Positions 1-14,037 of a DNA stretch of 59,103 bases are shown piece after piece. The position numbers and the translations under genes were made by a program. Location of the stretch: NCBI GenBank assembly GCA_002104905.1, contig MCFE01000553.1:1-59103 (forward strand), given 5' to 3'. The notes under the pieces were generated by a model, which did no database searches, was not told where the DNA came from, and was given only the letters and a program-made list of their open reading frames with translations. This DNA is from Basidiobolus meristosporus CBS 931.73 (lineage: Eukaryota > Fungi > Basidiobolomycota). Position 1 is the first letter of the stretch, and each line of letters starts with the position of its first letter.

Positions 1-2014
1 AAAATGCTGTGCCATAGAGGGAGGGATCTATTGGTGGATAGAATATGCGCTGCCATTATTCAACAGCCACTCTACCATTACTGTGATCGATCTATCCGCT
101 GCATGCTTACTTCATGTTTGGCTGAAATATGGGAAAGACGGATGTCCCTACCTTCATGGTCATTTTGTGGTATGGAACCCATTGTGGCCAGCGAAGATCA
201 AAGGGTGCTGATACTCCAAGGGCTACGGAGTTATTCTTCCTACGGCTCACGGATAATGGAAAAACAGGGCCAATGTTGCAATCGCGATATAGCCAGTGTC
301 CGAGACCCACACCCATTGGTAGTGAGGGTGTTTCTTAGGGTGATCAATAGTATCAAAAAGGCTAAAACACAGTCTCTCAAATCCAAATTTGGTGGTTACT
401 CATATTTCCCAAAGTGTGCCGCAGTCCAACCGGCAGTGTGTACTGCCTCCCCTTGTCATTAATATCCTCCATCATGACTTGCTGGTTTTGAATGAATGAC
501 GAGCAAAAAGGCACATACAAGTATGAGATGGACGTACAAATTCCTGTTTGCCGTATGAGGGCACATTCTTATTGCCATATATCGCCACTGGTTTCGGCCA
601 ACTACATATATAGCATTGTCGCAATTAGTGAGTCAACTGCATCTTTCCTCCTTATGGAACAAGAAGGATCAAATTGGTTCAGAAAATCAGTCCACCATCC
701 GATCCCAGCGATCCCACATGCAGTAATGTAGAGATCCCTACCTCCTTGGAACTCAATGAAACCTCGTGAGCATGTTGCTTCGACCACTTGAAGCTTGCAA
801 AGTCAGCTTCGCTGGTGTAAACAGAATGTGGGCCAGAGGAGTCTGGACTCTTCGAAGCCTGAATCCAGCATTCCCAAGGCCAACTTTATCGTCGCCCATG
901 GATCAATCCACCATCGACCGTAGGCCTCCATGCGTCTTCAGCTCGGCCTTCTGATTTCGAAACATCATGCTAAATTTAGTCAAATGCTGCCTCATTGTTA
1001 CAGATCATGGAAGGATACGATATTGCCAGTCATCCATCTCTTGTGTATGGAGTGAGACCTCAGCTAACTGTGAACTCGTTTAACTCCGTTTACTTTGCAA
1101 ATAATGGTGCTTATGCTGAGCCCACTTGCGTGGATGATATCATATCAGAGACATTGGTGTTTGAATCTATTGTCCGTTAAAAACCAGGGGCTCTGAATGT
1201 GATGCCATACCATAACGCCGTCGATCCACTATCATTGGCATATATAGAATGCGTCTAATAATTCCTGGTAGGTGTGTGGTCCTGGACAGAAAGTTACATG
1301 TACAATTGACTTCAAAGCAGCTACTATATGCCACTCTAGCTTCTAACGTTTCTGATCCCCAGGATTCACTCACCCTTAATGAGGCTAATTCGTATATATG
1401 TATCATTTCTTATTAGCTACTATTCATCGAATAGGAATTTTCAAATGCAAGTGTGGATTATAAATTATTTATTACCTTAATTAATTAAGTTGCATATAAA
1501 AATTCCCTCTAACCGATGCCCAAGACCGCTATTATCAGTATGCATTCTTAACAACATAAAAAGACAGATCCTCTTTCCATATTCTAGGTCCCGAATTGTT
1601 ACAATCCAGCCCCCACTTGTTTACTATTGCCTTATTTATATAATTGAGCCCCGGTGTAGGTCTTCCCCGCGTTCCTTATTCGTCTTTCCTTCTACATTCT
1701 ATCATTTGAGGCATTTTTGAATTCGTCTCTTGATCATTCAGCTTATCAACCACTGTTCATAAGTCTTCATAGGTTTTTGCCTCACACTTTACGAAACCAG
1801 CAGTGACCATACATTATCAGCATAACTTGTAAGATATCTCAGTAGTGTTTCCATAGTTGTGCTTTTCTCCCGTAAAAATCCCGCCACATTCAGTAAGTAG
1901 AATACACTCCCTTATTCATTTGAGTGCATAGAGTTGTCTACTTTGGTGCTTTACCGTGTTGAACAAGCTTTCGTAGCCTACTGGTCCTTTCCCACATTAA
2001 CTGTCTTTATAGTC

Positions 2015-3139
2015 ATGAACCGTAACGAGTCCCCCAACATATCTCAAGGATTGGCTACTAAGGATGAAACTCGTGGAACCAAACGTGAATTTGAAGAGGA
2101 AGAGGATGCCGATTCTGATGATAGCCTTCCCAAAAATGAGAAACGTTCTGGTCGACGCAAGATAAAAATTGAGTATATCGACGACAAAAACCGTCGGCAT
2201 ATCACTTTTAGTAAGCGTAAAGCAGGAATCATGAAAAAGGTGAGCCTTTCTCTATCAAAGTGATTTTCGGCTGTTGTGGTGCTAATATTCACGATACTAG
2301 GCATATGAGTTAAGCACTCTTACTGGAACACAGGTTCTATTATTAGTGGTATCAGAAACTGGGCTAGTTTATACTTTCACTACTCCAAAACTGCAACCTT
2401 TGGTCACTCAACCTGAGGGCAAGAATTTAATCCAGTCATGTCTAAATGCTCCAGATACTACATCCAAAGATACTACAGAATCAGCCGTAAGTCATCAACA
2501 TATGTAAAATGTCCTTGTGTGTATGACTAATACAGTTCCTACCACCATTGATGCAGCCTACTCAACAAACAACGGTTACTCCACAGTCAGCTCAGCCTCA
2601 GGGACCTATCCCTTCACAGATTCCATCACCAAAACTTCAGCGTCAGCGGGTACAACAACCTCAGGCGTTACCCTCACACGGACAATCCCAGCAAACAACG
2701 CCTGGTTATGGATCTGATCCATCTTCTGGCGTCGATGTGAACTCAGGGAATATGTATGGGAGCGATAGATCAGTACGTGTCTTATGTGCCAAGTAATCAC
2801 AGGTGTTATGTATTAACATATCTACTTCAGAATGTTCGAGGTTTACAACAGCAAACATCCACTCAAGGCTATAACCCATCACTCGCAAATATGAATTACG
2901 GCCACCAGTATGGAGGACTGCCTACACAGATGCCAGCACAAGTTTCTATGGGGAGTGTTGCTAATTATATTAATAATCAGCAATATTCTCAATATAGTCA
3001 ACCTCCTATGGGCTCTTACGCACCACCGAATAATCAATATATGGCTCAACCCAATTACTGGTCGAATGGGGGAGATAATGCGAACGGTGCGCCCAAACCT
3101 TCCCAGTATTCTTCACCGCAGCCTGGAACGCAAAAGTAG
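2015..3139 (+). CDS. MCM1: MADS-box transcription factor, SRF/Mcm1 type (4 exons)
   Basis: GRRKIKIEYIDDKNRRHITFSKRKAGIMKK|AYELSTLTGTQVLLLVVSETGLVYTFTTPKLQP is a type-I MADS domain. Exons 2015-2239, 2301-2486, 2536-2772 and 2831-3139 are all in phase with GT-AG introns. Q/P/N-rich C-terminal tail. Confidence 0.92.
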
Positions 3140-6100
3140 AGCTTTAGCATAATTTCAATATCTTAACGCTCATTCATTACACCATGGGGTCACGAATCTA
3201 CCCGCTTTCTTGATCTTTGTCTTCCTACTCATAGTGTCTTCTTTCGTTTTGTTATTTTTTAAACTTTGGCTTACGTATTTCATATTCATCGTACTATAAT
3301 TGTTAGTTTTCCCCTTTTCAATATTGTCCCTAGAAAGCTTTCAACCATCACTAAATGAAGTGACAAGACTATACCATATTTATCCAGGATCCTCCAATAT
3401 TAACATTGGCGTAGGGCACTAGTGAAGAATGATATAGACTACTACCAAACAGAGCTCCAAGCAAGGGTGCAGATTAAAGCAAGCCTATGTCAAAAAGCTT
3501 AGGTTGGGCCTCTATCTGTTAGCTTGGAGGATCAATATGCCGCACATGAATGTATTTGGAATAACATCTTGCTCGTTCTGGCAACTCTAATACAACCAAG
3601 TCACACCAATTGACTTGATGAAAGTACGTACAACAAATGTACCATGAAATATGAAACGGACATTGCAGGCCAAGGAGCATTTTCTATGCTCCTGGATTAG
3701 GAATTTGTCAGGCCAATAATCATCTAGATGTCAAACCAGTCGAGTCCAATAGGAAAGTATACTTGGTGGCAGCTTCTGAACAGTAGAATATGTACTTATG
3801 ACACCGCTCCCACCCTAGAAATCAGGTCCGCGCGCCCCAACCTCTAAATGGGGATAATTTGAAATGTGTACACCATCACCCATAATGTTTATTCCATCAG
3901 GGCCATACACTCAATATTTATCCACAAGATTTATCATTTATTCAAGCCTGGCCCTATGCCTTAACCTATCCTATGATGTACCTATACAATACCCAAAACC
4001 TCATGATATTCAACCCGCACTCTCAAACCACGAATTCAAACCTGCAAACATCTAACGCATTCTCAAATCCCCGCCAACAAGCCTATGATAGCAGCATTCC
4101 ATAGCAACAGGCTTGGAATGACCAAAATATCGGGATTACATATAAATATATACGGGTTTCTATAGTACACCGTCCTCGTAATAGTGTATCGAAACCAGTG
4201 AGATTCAAGGGTATTACTATAGCCCGAGACGTCAGAATAACCAAACTCGTGCTATCTGTGCATTGCGGCCTCCCAAATCCATTAAAGCAACAGATATCAC
4301 CAAAACTTCAGCACATCTCACCAACTAACGTCGTGGATTCTTTTCGGCTTTCGTTGGCTAAATTTTAGAGAAGATTAGTTGATCCGGCTGGATTTTTGAC
4401 ATTTTATTCCATATCAAGTCGCTTGGATCTTTACCAATCCATGACTAGAAAGGTCTATATCTGCATACCGAATGTGTTTTTGAATGTATACCATTGGCCT
4501 CAAGATCATCAGCCATGTAAGATTTGGACATCCTAGGACTTGTTTGTATTATCCGAACTGGTGAATTATATTAGGCTTTCTTATTAATCTGTGAGCCTGG
4601 TCTATATTACATAATATCTATAATTGGGCTGATTGTAGTAGATCTCCAAAAAACCATTTTCGATACCGAACCATCGAAAATCGACAAATACTGAACTGCG
4701 GAGTTCAATTGGGTTATACTTGGCTGATGGAAATCTGATTTCACGCAGTGAGTATAATATAGTATGTTTATATCAATTATTTGATGAGCAAGATTACTCC
4801 CACATTTATAGGCGCAATAGAATTGTTCAATGTCATGAAGTTCATGGCATTTTGTTGACTGGGGTCCCAAATTGGCGATGCAAATGCTTCTCAGTCATAT
4901 GTGGATGAGTTCGTAAAGCCATGTTGACGACGAGGGTGATGCTCCTGGGTCAAACCTGATTGATCACTGGGCCTCTAAAAACACAATATAGGCCGTGCGG
5001 CAATATCACTATGTGGCCACGGTATCGATAATTGATTTGAAATCAAATTTCAAGCTCACCAAACTAACGACTGGTTTGGGCGCTGTATTCCTGATGAAAC
5101 GGGCGACACAGCGCACTGGTGAGCCGAAAAGAAGATTTCGGGATTTCCGATGTTGATACAGAGTATAAGATGCATCACGCAAATTACTACGATCAAGCAC
5201 ATCTCCCTACTTCAATTCAATTAGGGCAATCTTGATAACAAAGCGCCAGCTTTGCATTAGAGCAAAGCCAAATGAGGCACGATGGGCTTCCAAGCATTTG
5301 TTGTCATTCCTCGAAGATTCTATTAGTGCCGAAACCGGCTCAGTAACGTCAAATTCTAATTTAAGTATATCGCTCGCACGCATAATGTGACTCGAGTTAA
5401 ACCACTAATATGGCTTGTTAGTTATATCAGGAAATCGGCTAATACCAAGATCTAAGTGTGTTTTCTTCAAGGCTATTGGATTCGAGAGAGAAAGAGAGAG
5501 ATCGCTTCAGTTGACTCAGCCAAGTATTGGCTTAAAAATACCGCATGTAGCAAAGCTTCGATCCATGCCAATGAGGCAACACCAAGGTCATGATTTAATT
5601 CCAATTCCCCACGTAATGGAAAACTGGCATGTATGCACGGATTCTATGCTATTGTTAATACTATCTGTACGTTTATAGTATACAAAAAATAGGCCCCACC
5701 AGAGACTGGAACGTTCCATTACTCCGATTGCAATCTTGACAAGATGTGCCACTCTTGCCCACACGAAATAATTATGCCATTGTGAGCTCCATACACTTAC
5801 TCAAGACTTCAATTTGGGTCATGATGAATATATTGTGGTGCCTTTGGTCATATGACATAAAGAAATTTTGTTTGTAACAGATGTGCATCGTCACGACTAT
5901 AGGTATTTCTCACCATATTCTATGGTTCAGCAGAATTATTCTCCGGAATTGCCCAAATCTGGACACATCCCCATGGTTTATAAATCGGCTTTCATCTAGT
6001 CGACAATTTTGGCAATAATATATTGAAACATGATTCCTATATTATATAGTGCCATTGTATATATAGAAATGTCCCATATGTGAACAGATTGCCCCACATG

Positions 6101-6797
6101 GAGTGAAGGAAAGCTCTTTAGTATTCAAAATCCACTGGCTTCTCCACCATGCTCGATTCTAAAACGGGCATCCTAACTTGCGGCATTGTTTGACTCATCA
6201 AGTTGATGCGAGTATTGGTGCCTTTCATGTCTTTTTCTATGCCAATCAAAAGTTGGCTTGTCTCTCGCTCCCCATTAAATGAAAATCTTTTCCTGAATAC
6301 TATGGACGATGATTTCAATGCGTGCTGAGACTGGACTTGCCATCTTGAATTTGCTATTACCACCCAAATGGGATACAAACATATCGAAGCTCTTACAGGA
6401 TTCCCAAATTTATTTTACTTCCATCAATTAACCAATTTTCAATCTAGAAACCAGTCAGTGAGCGGGATTATTCGATTCGCACCTGGGGATGGGGATACGT
6501 TTAGAATCGAATTATCGCCTTATTCTTGGCCAATGGACCGTAAATACCATTTCATTCATCAGCGAATATGGCCTTTCGCCAATCACAATTCGGCTTAAAA
6601 TTCAGTCCTGTTCTTATATGGTTACCTCTTCCCTTCTCTTCTTTGTTACTTAGTCCTTTCAATTTGAACTCCACTCTCGTAAAGCATTCGATTCGTATTC
6701 TATTCTACATACTGCACTATTACTCATTGACCCAACACAAGCAACAGCTGCCAAAGTATACAACCCTGATCACTTGTGAAAGTTACTATACCTCAAT

Positions 6798-8960
6798 ATG
6801 TCAGCTGCTCCAGGTGTTCCTGACTTTGTAAAAAAGCTATACAGGTACCGAATCTGATTATGCCGTACATCACAAATATTAGTGAATTTACACTCGTTCT
6901 TGTTTCAGAATGCTCGAAGACAATTCGTACAGCCACATAGTGTCTTGGGGGCTGAACGGAGATACCTTTGTTGTCAAAGAGCCCAATGAATTCGCCAAAA
7001 CGATTCTACCCAAACACTTTAAACATAGCAATTTCGCGAGTTTTGTTCGTCAACTAAACAAATACGACTTTCACAAGATAAAGAATACCGACGACTCCAA
7101 TAAACCTTATGGTGAACATGTATGTTTCTTGATTGCTTCTACCAAATCCTTGTCAAACACAGGAGGGCACAGGTTAGAATAGACATTAACCTAACGTGAT
7201 TTCTTAGGCTTGGGAATTTCAGCATCCGAATTTCCAATACAACAAATGCGAACTGTTGGAATCGATTAAGGTAAACTCTGAATTCTGAACTAAAGGTGTA
7301 ACTCTTACTCACAAAGTAATTTAGCGGAAAATTCCCAACAAAAGCAAGCCTGGTATTGGTGGTATCGGAACTAGCATGCTTCCTGAAGAAATCAGAATGG
7401 TCGCCGAGGATCTTCAAGGACAGGTTAATTCCGTGTCTAAGTTACAATCAGATATGGGAAATTACCTCCAATCTTTAAGCAAGAATTACCAAGTTATGGT
7501 AGAGGAAATACTAAGTTTCCGGAAAAACATTGTCGCCCAAGACCAGCTTCTTCAAAACATCGTTCAATATGTTCTAAACCAAGACTCAAGTAAGTTGCAA
7601 TATCTACCACAAATCACAAGCAAGTATTGACGTTATCATATCAAAGATCGGAATCGGGAGCAAAAGAACTTAAACGAAAATCCTGGATATGCCCCTCCCT
7701 TCTCCAACGCAAACTCTTCAACTGATATGTTAAAACTACTGAACTCATACAACGAGTTATCAAAAGCATCGCTCAGCCAGGTCGATGATTTCTCAAAAAG
7801 GGCGCAATCTCTTCAAGAGTTTGCCAATACAACACTGTCACAATTTACGGCTCCTATGATGTGTAATGGCGGTGGAGGATTGTTCGGTGGGCACACTGAC
7901 GATTTGAGTGGTGCCGATCTTAGCGGATACAACGGTGGCGACAACACTTTCACTCATCCAAACATCGAAAGCTTAGAAATCTCGCTCAATCAACTTGAGC
8001 ATAGAGACGGCATGAATGAAAAGGCTTTCAATTTCGCTAGTAACCCCATGGATAACAATGGCGTGATACAGGGTAATATTGGAAATCCTTTGGGCAACAG
8101 CAATGCTCCAGCCAAAAATAATGCTCCGAATAATCAACTCCGCAAATCCTCATTTACGCCGAATTGGGCTACTCCACCTAAAGTTCTCTTGGTTGAGGAT
8201 GATGCTGTCTGCAGAAGGTTGAGCACTAAACTGCTTCAAATATTTGGATGTTCATTTGACGTTGCCACCGACGGGGTTGCTGCTGTTAACAAGATGAACC
8301 TAGAGAAATATGATATAGTGCTGATGGTATGCATTACGGATGACTTTATAATTGATAGCACTGTTTTAATCATTTCATTTGCAGGACATTGTTATGCCAA
8401 ACTTGGACGGTGTTTCGGCTACTACGAGAATTCGTCAGTTCGATGCTATCACACCCATTATCTCCATGACATCGAACACAACCGAAAATGATTGCATGAC
8501 TTACCTGGCTAATGGTATGAACGATATTCTTGCCAAGCCGTTTTCGAAAGCTGGTCTCTATGGAATGTTAGAAAAGTATTGTATGCATCTACGCTCTATT
8601 AGAGATATGAACCACATCGGCCGAAACCCTAGTCCTTATCCCGCTCTTTCCACGACATTAATGAACGGAAACCTCTTGAATGATAATGAAGAAGGTACCT
8701 CATCTTCTGCCTCCACCTCCGCACCAATGTCCACGGGTTCTTACTCTACGATCCCAGTCATGAATATGGGTCAAAACAATGGATACAATTTGTCCATGAT
8801 GGCAGGAATTGCCATACCTAACGATGGTTCGATGGGGCAAGGTGCAACTATTATTCCGTCAATCATGTTTGCTGCCAACTCTAATACCCGGCCTTCTGGA
8901 GATTATCCATACGACGATGACGATCGTAGAAAGCGGCCTAGACTGGAAGTGATTGAGTAA
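6798..8960 (+). CDS. SKN7: HSF-type DNA-binding plus response-regulator receiver transcription factor (Skn7/Prr1)
   Basis: MSAAPGVPDFVKKLYR|MLED...WGLNGDTFVVKEPNEFAKTILPKHFKHSNFASFVRQLNKYDFHK (HSF domain), then a coiled coil, then the receiver KVLLVEDDAVCR...YDIVLM|DIVMPNLDG...ILAKPF. About 5 introns. C-terminal basic RRKRPR. Confidence 0.93.
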
Positions 8961-9677
8961 AATCCGGGAAGAGCATCAGGTAGTAATCGACATGCATATT
9001 TTATCCGTTTGCTAGTAATTCTCGCTCCGCCTTTCATACTTCTCAGCCACAATCAGGCTTTGAGAGCGTTCCTACAACTTGAACTTGATCTGGTGACATA
9101 TGCCCAAGCCGCCCGGCCTATGGCTGGTCACAATGGCTCAGCATCGATACATTGATCCTCAAGTTACTTTTATGTGCATTACCATTACTCTCTAAGCTAA
9201 CCTTCAGATTAGTTTATCTTCATGTGTACAAATTTTCTACCCTTGGTACCTTATTTTATCTTGATTTTGTTTTCAATACTTAGCCTATATCGCTCACCTT
9301 GGCTGTCGAATATTTTTGTTGCTTACTTTGATGGCGCGCCAAAGACTTTGTATCCAAAAGATCTCAGACATAAGGTGGATGCTGATTTCTTATTCACATA
9401 ATTGTTAATAAATTCTAGTGACGCAGTTACGACGTACCCTTCGCCATTCTGATTAATCTCAAATCACTCCCTACATGTTATTATGGAGATTACAGCGTGC
9501 CAATCAGTGCTCAGAGACAGTCAAATATTGGATTTTCGGAACACTTTCACCCATATTTTTCCAAGATATGGGTGAAAATACTCGACTGTTAGGTTTAATC
9601 GATTCTCTTTTTTTACATCTATTTTCCTGATTAAGTTGAAAGAAGGCTGGGACTTTGCTTTATTCATTTTTTACACG

Positions 9678-12015
9678 ATGACGAGCAACAGAAAGGAGCC
9701 TTTGTCTTTGGAGGAGCTAATTCGACAAAAAGAGAAAAGCAAAGAGGCAGAGAAGGTACGCGGTCCTTCTCAGGAGCAGAACATCGTTGCGTTGTTGCTA
9801 GCGATCCACTTTTTAACCCTTGTGACCCTTTCTATTTTTAGCCGGTATTTTTGACCAAAGAGCAGCGCGCGAAAATCGCTCTTGAGAAGAGGCAGAGGGA
9901 GGTCGAGGAGATCAAAAGAAAGCAAGAGGAGGAGCGTAAATATCGAGAGCAATTCGAAAAAGAGGCCGAAAAAGAACGTAGATCAGGTTCGTGCTTTTAT
10001 TCAATTTTTGGAATTGACCGACCTTCTAAACAAACAAAAATATACCTAGGCAGAGAAAAGGAACGTGAAAGAGATCGTCGTGATTATCGTGACCGTTCCC
10101 GCGAGAGAGATCGCGGTAGAGATAGACACAGGCATGAGCGACGTAGAGATGGCAGAGACAGAAGTCCTGATCGCCATGCATCTCGGGCAGACCCAGAGAC
10201 AGACCAGGATAGCATCAACAAATTGGGGGACAAGGAATTAGAGCAGATAAGGGTAATTAGCCTTCCAGGTATTTTGTGGTACTTCTACTAATCACAGTTA
10301 CCACCACACAGGAGCGTTACATGGGCGGTGAGCGTCGTAAAAGAAAGATTAGAAAAATGAACGAGAAAAAGTTCGTATTTGATTGGGATGCAAATGAGGA
10401 TACATCCAAGGATGTTAACCCCATTTACTCAGACAGACATGGTGCTCAGATGTTTGGTAGAGGCCATATTGCTGGCATAGACATTGTGGAGCAGAAAAAT
10501 GCTAGATCTGAATTTTATCAAGAGCTGCTGGAGAAGCGAAGAACCGACGATGAGAAACATCGCGCGGAGCTGTTGCTAGAGCGAGAGTCTAAGAGAGAAG
10601 CGAAATCTATGTGGGATGACCGACATTGGTCTGAGAAGCCACTTTCTGAGATGAAGGAGCGTGATTGGAGAATTTTCAAGGAGGATTTCAACATCTCTAC
10701 CAAGGGTGGAAGCTTACCCAACCCTATACGTTCCTGGAACGAATCGGATCTGCCAAACAAGATCCTGGATGTTATAGAGAAGGTTGGGTACAACGAGCCT
10801 ACACCCATCCAAAGACAAGCTATTCCCATCGGTCTTCAGAATCGGGATATTATTGGTATCGCAGAGACCGGTAGTGGTAAAACTGCTTCTTTCGTTATCC
10901 CCATGCTCGTCTTCATATCTCGTCTCCCGCCACTGAACGAAGACAACATGGGTGATGGGCCATATGCATTGATCCTAGTGCCTACTCGTGAACTTGCGCA
11001 GCAAATTGAACAGGAAACACTCAAATTTGCCACACAGCTCGGCTACAACTGCGTATCAATCGTCGGTGGTCATGCTATGGAGGAACAAGCTTTCAATTTA
11101 AGAAATGGTGCAGAGATCATCATCGCGACCCCTGGTCGTTTGAAGGATTGTTTAGATCGACGTGTCCTTGTTCTCAACCAATGTACCTATGTTGTTATGG
11201 ATGAAGCTGACCGAATGATTGATATGGGTTTCGAGCTGGACGTCAACTTTATCCTAGATGCGCTACCGGTTTCGAACATCAAGCCAGAGGTAGAGGATGG
11301 AGAGACTCCAATGGAGCTTTCCGGCAACGATTTGGTCAAATACCGACAAACCACGATGTTTTCAGCTACCATGCCCACAGCAGTAGAAAGACTTGCCAAG
11401 CGCTATTTGCGCAGACCAGCGGTGGTAACCATCGGTACTGCTGGTCAAGCCGTCGATACCGTTGAACAAAGAGTAGAGATGATCAATGAAGAAGGTCGGA
11501 AGAAGAACAGACTGCTTGAAATCCTCAACAGCCAACAGTACGAGCCTCCTATCATCATCTTTGTCAATCAGAAAAAAGGCTGCGATGTGCTTGCTAAAGC
11601 TCTTAACAAACTTGGTTATCGAGTCACCACATTGCACGGCGGCAAGTCACAAGAGCAAAGAGAGTACTCTCTTGCTCAGCTTAAGAATGGTACAATGGAC
11701 ATTCTGGTAGCTACGGATGTTGCTGGGCGTGGTATTGATATCAAGAATGTCTCATTGGTCATCAATTATGACATGGCCAAGAATGTCGAGGACTACACAC
11801 ATAGAATAGGTCGTACTGGCCGTGCTGGTAATAAGGGTACAGCAATCACCTTTTTGGGCAACAACGATACAGATGTTATGTATGATCTCAAGCAAATGCT
11901 ACTGAAGTCCCCGCTTTCCAGAGTGCCACCCGAATTGGCCAACCATGAGGCAGCTCAGATCAAGCCCGGCACATTCAAAGCTAAACGAAAGCACGAAGAA
12001 ACCATCTACACTTGA
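9678..12015 (+). CDS. PRP28: DEAD-box pre-mRNA splicing helicase Prp28/DDX23
   Basis: Motifs [23 protein letters not shown] and [10 protein letters not shown], plus Prp28-specific WDDRHWSEK and [14 protein letters not shown]-rich N-terminus. Introns near 9756-9841, 9988-10050 and 10253-10310. Confidence 0.95.
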
Positions 12016-12686
12016 TCTTTTAAGCACTCAGCGTGTACCTTTAATCAGTTTTTATCAGTTGTTTCTTAGTAACATTTTGTGCAATGCAAGCATATTTAAT
12101 AAAAATATCTTTGAAATATCAAATTCATGGTAGAATATCTACCGCAAACCATCCAGACAGAATCTCCGCATTTACCCGTATACAGGGCTTGATGTACTTT
12201 GAGCATAGTGCTAGGATGAGGCATTTCAAGCAACTCTTGACACCAAACCATGAACGCCAAGTAAAGACTGGATGTTGGTGTTGCTCGTGGAAATCCATGG
12301 TACATCGTTGCCAAGTAGAGGTACTCTAATCAATGCTGTATGGTGTATGTATGGATGTATGGAGGATAAGTGGCATTCATGTGCTCCGAACTATGCGCAT
12401 GCATAGACATGGCCCACTGTTAATTCAGGATTTGACCAGCGCACGTTACCAGCAGGATGAAATTACAATCATGCTTTGATAAGCACAAACTGCTTCGAAT
12501 TGCCAAAAATAGCAACGGTTGGACTAGTGTTAGTGGTCTTGACAATGTATGCATGTGTAGAGTGGAGTCTTCATCATCCCTCATGTAGTGAATTGGTCCA
12601 ATCTACATTCTAGCTCCGTAAGGGGTATCGGATACTTGTATATAAGTCTGCTGTCACGCAAAGGTTCACCGAGAAGCTCAGTTCGA

Positions 12687-13082
12687 ATGCGCAACCTCCT
12701 TTTACTTTCGATTGTTTTTATCTTGCTGCTAGGTTTGCTACAACAGTATGAATCGGCAGGAGTGACCAAATCCACCTCTATAAACTCACCCTCCTCCGCA
12801 GCGAAAAACGAGGGCACCACGGACACTGATGATGACGATGACTCAGCCGGTAATCTCACGTCGGCAACTGGAACTCAGAAACTCCCTGGCTCGAGCGTAG
12901 CCTCTCCCACCAAGACCATTTCAGTTACAACTACGTCAATGAGCACTGCCACCATTGTCTCATCTAGTCGCTTGATCCCAATCACATCACAGACCCCATA
13001 TGTAAGTATTGGCCTCCGCGTTACTCCAATCAATGGCCTACTACTTCTGGGAGGGGGATTTCTACTGAAGTGCATTTACTAA
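12687..13082 (+). CDS. Small secreted Ser/Thr-rich protein, possibly GPI-anchored
   Basis: Single exon. MRNLLLLSIVFILLLGLL is signal-peptide-like, followed by an S/T-rich body, an acidic DTDDDDD patch and a hydrophobic C-terminus (GLLLLGGGFLLKCIY). Confidence 0.6.
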   Translation: MRNLLLLSIVFILLLGLLQQYESAGVTKSTSINSPSSAAKNEGTTDTDDDDDSAGNLTSATGTQKLPGSSVASPTKTISVTTTSMSTATIVSSSRLIPITSQTPYVSIGLRVTPINGLLLLGGGFLLKCIY

Positions 13083-14037
13083 ATTGAATTTTCGTTTTCT
13101 TCTAATTCTTTACCCGCTAATAAACAGTCTTTTGTCACACAGCACTACGTGTATTTCTGTGCCAGCTCAACTACAATCGAAGGGTCTTCAAATGCACCCT
13201 ATTAGGACAGTCTTACTGGTGATCAATACGGGTAGAATATATTTGAATATTTATATAAGAAACCAAGTCTACATGAAATTGCCCTGAAAGCATAACATCG
13301 CTCAAAAGTTTTCAGATCAAACATCTTACTGCTTCAATGAGCTGATGTAGAGCACTGTAGCAAGATTGGATTAGTGAGATTGGTAGGTTGACAAGGGCTC
13401 AAAACTAATTACCGTTGTTCCCTCTAATAAATGCATCTCCATATTTGTTTTTTAATTGTCCGTTAACATACTCCTCGGTTTGTTCCAGAGCGATGTTCAT
13501 GTACCCATCAAGGCAGGCAAGCACTCCTATTGAATTCGTAAGAACTCGATTTTGATCAACAAGTCAGCAGGTTGAAAAAATACCTCTATAGTCAACTCCT
13601 GAGTTCAGCTTAACTAGGACTGGGCGTCCGATGATATGGTTCAAAAATTCGGAAGGGGATTTCTCGTGAGATGGCTCCATGCTTCAAAGCTACAGGTCTT
13701 GGTAAGGATTAGCCTACAGTAACCAAAATCAACTTTGTTTAGTCTCTCATCGAACTTACACCAGAAAAAGGGTTATCTACACGGTCCTTTTTTTTCATCT
13801 TATCTTTCACCTCAGTACTAGATCAGTGAACTGAACAATTTGGTCGGGATCCCTCATGAATACAAAAAAAAAACCTCAGCATGTGGAATATGATGGATCT
13901 TCCATGATGAATTTTGAACGACAACGACTAGTGGATATCAATCTCAAAGTTTATACTATTCCGAACATAGTTGCATCAACGTTTCACTTGATATCCCATT
14001 TACCTCAGTTTTGGGTTGAACTAGAAGATTCGTCATT

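Noticed and set aside
4-462. 152-aa ORF at the window start
   Set aside because: No recognisable motif or coding-like composition. It is truncated context at the window edge.
2015-12015. Transcription factors next to an RNA helicase as a possible mating-type locus
   Set aside because: Mucoralean sex loci need an HMG-box gene with rnhA/tptA. No HMG or homeodomain is present, and the helicase is Prp28.
13895-13995. ATGATGA box-C-like motif upstream of NAA25 (possible snoRNA)
   Set aside because: No canonical CTGA box D at a suitable distance and no convincing terminal stem.
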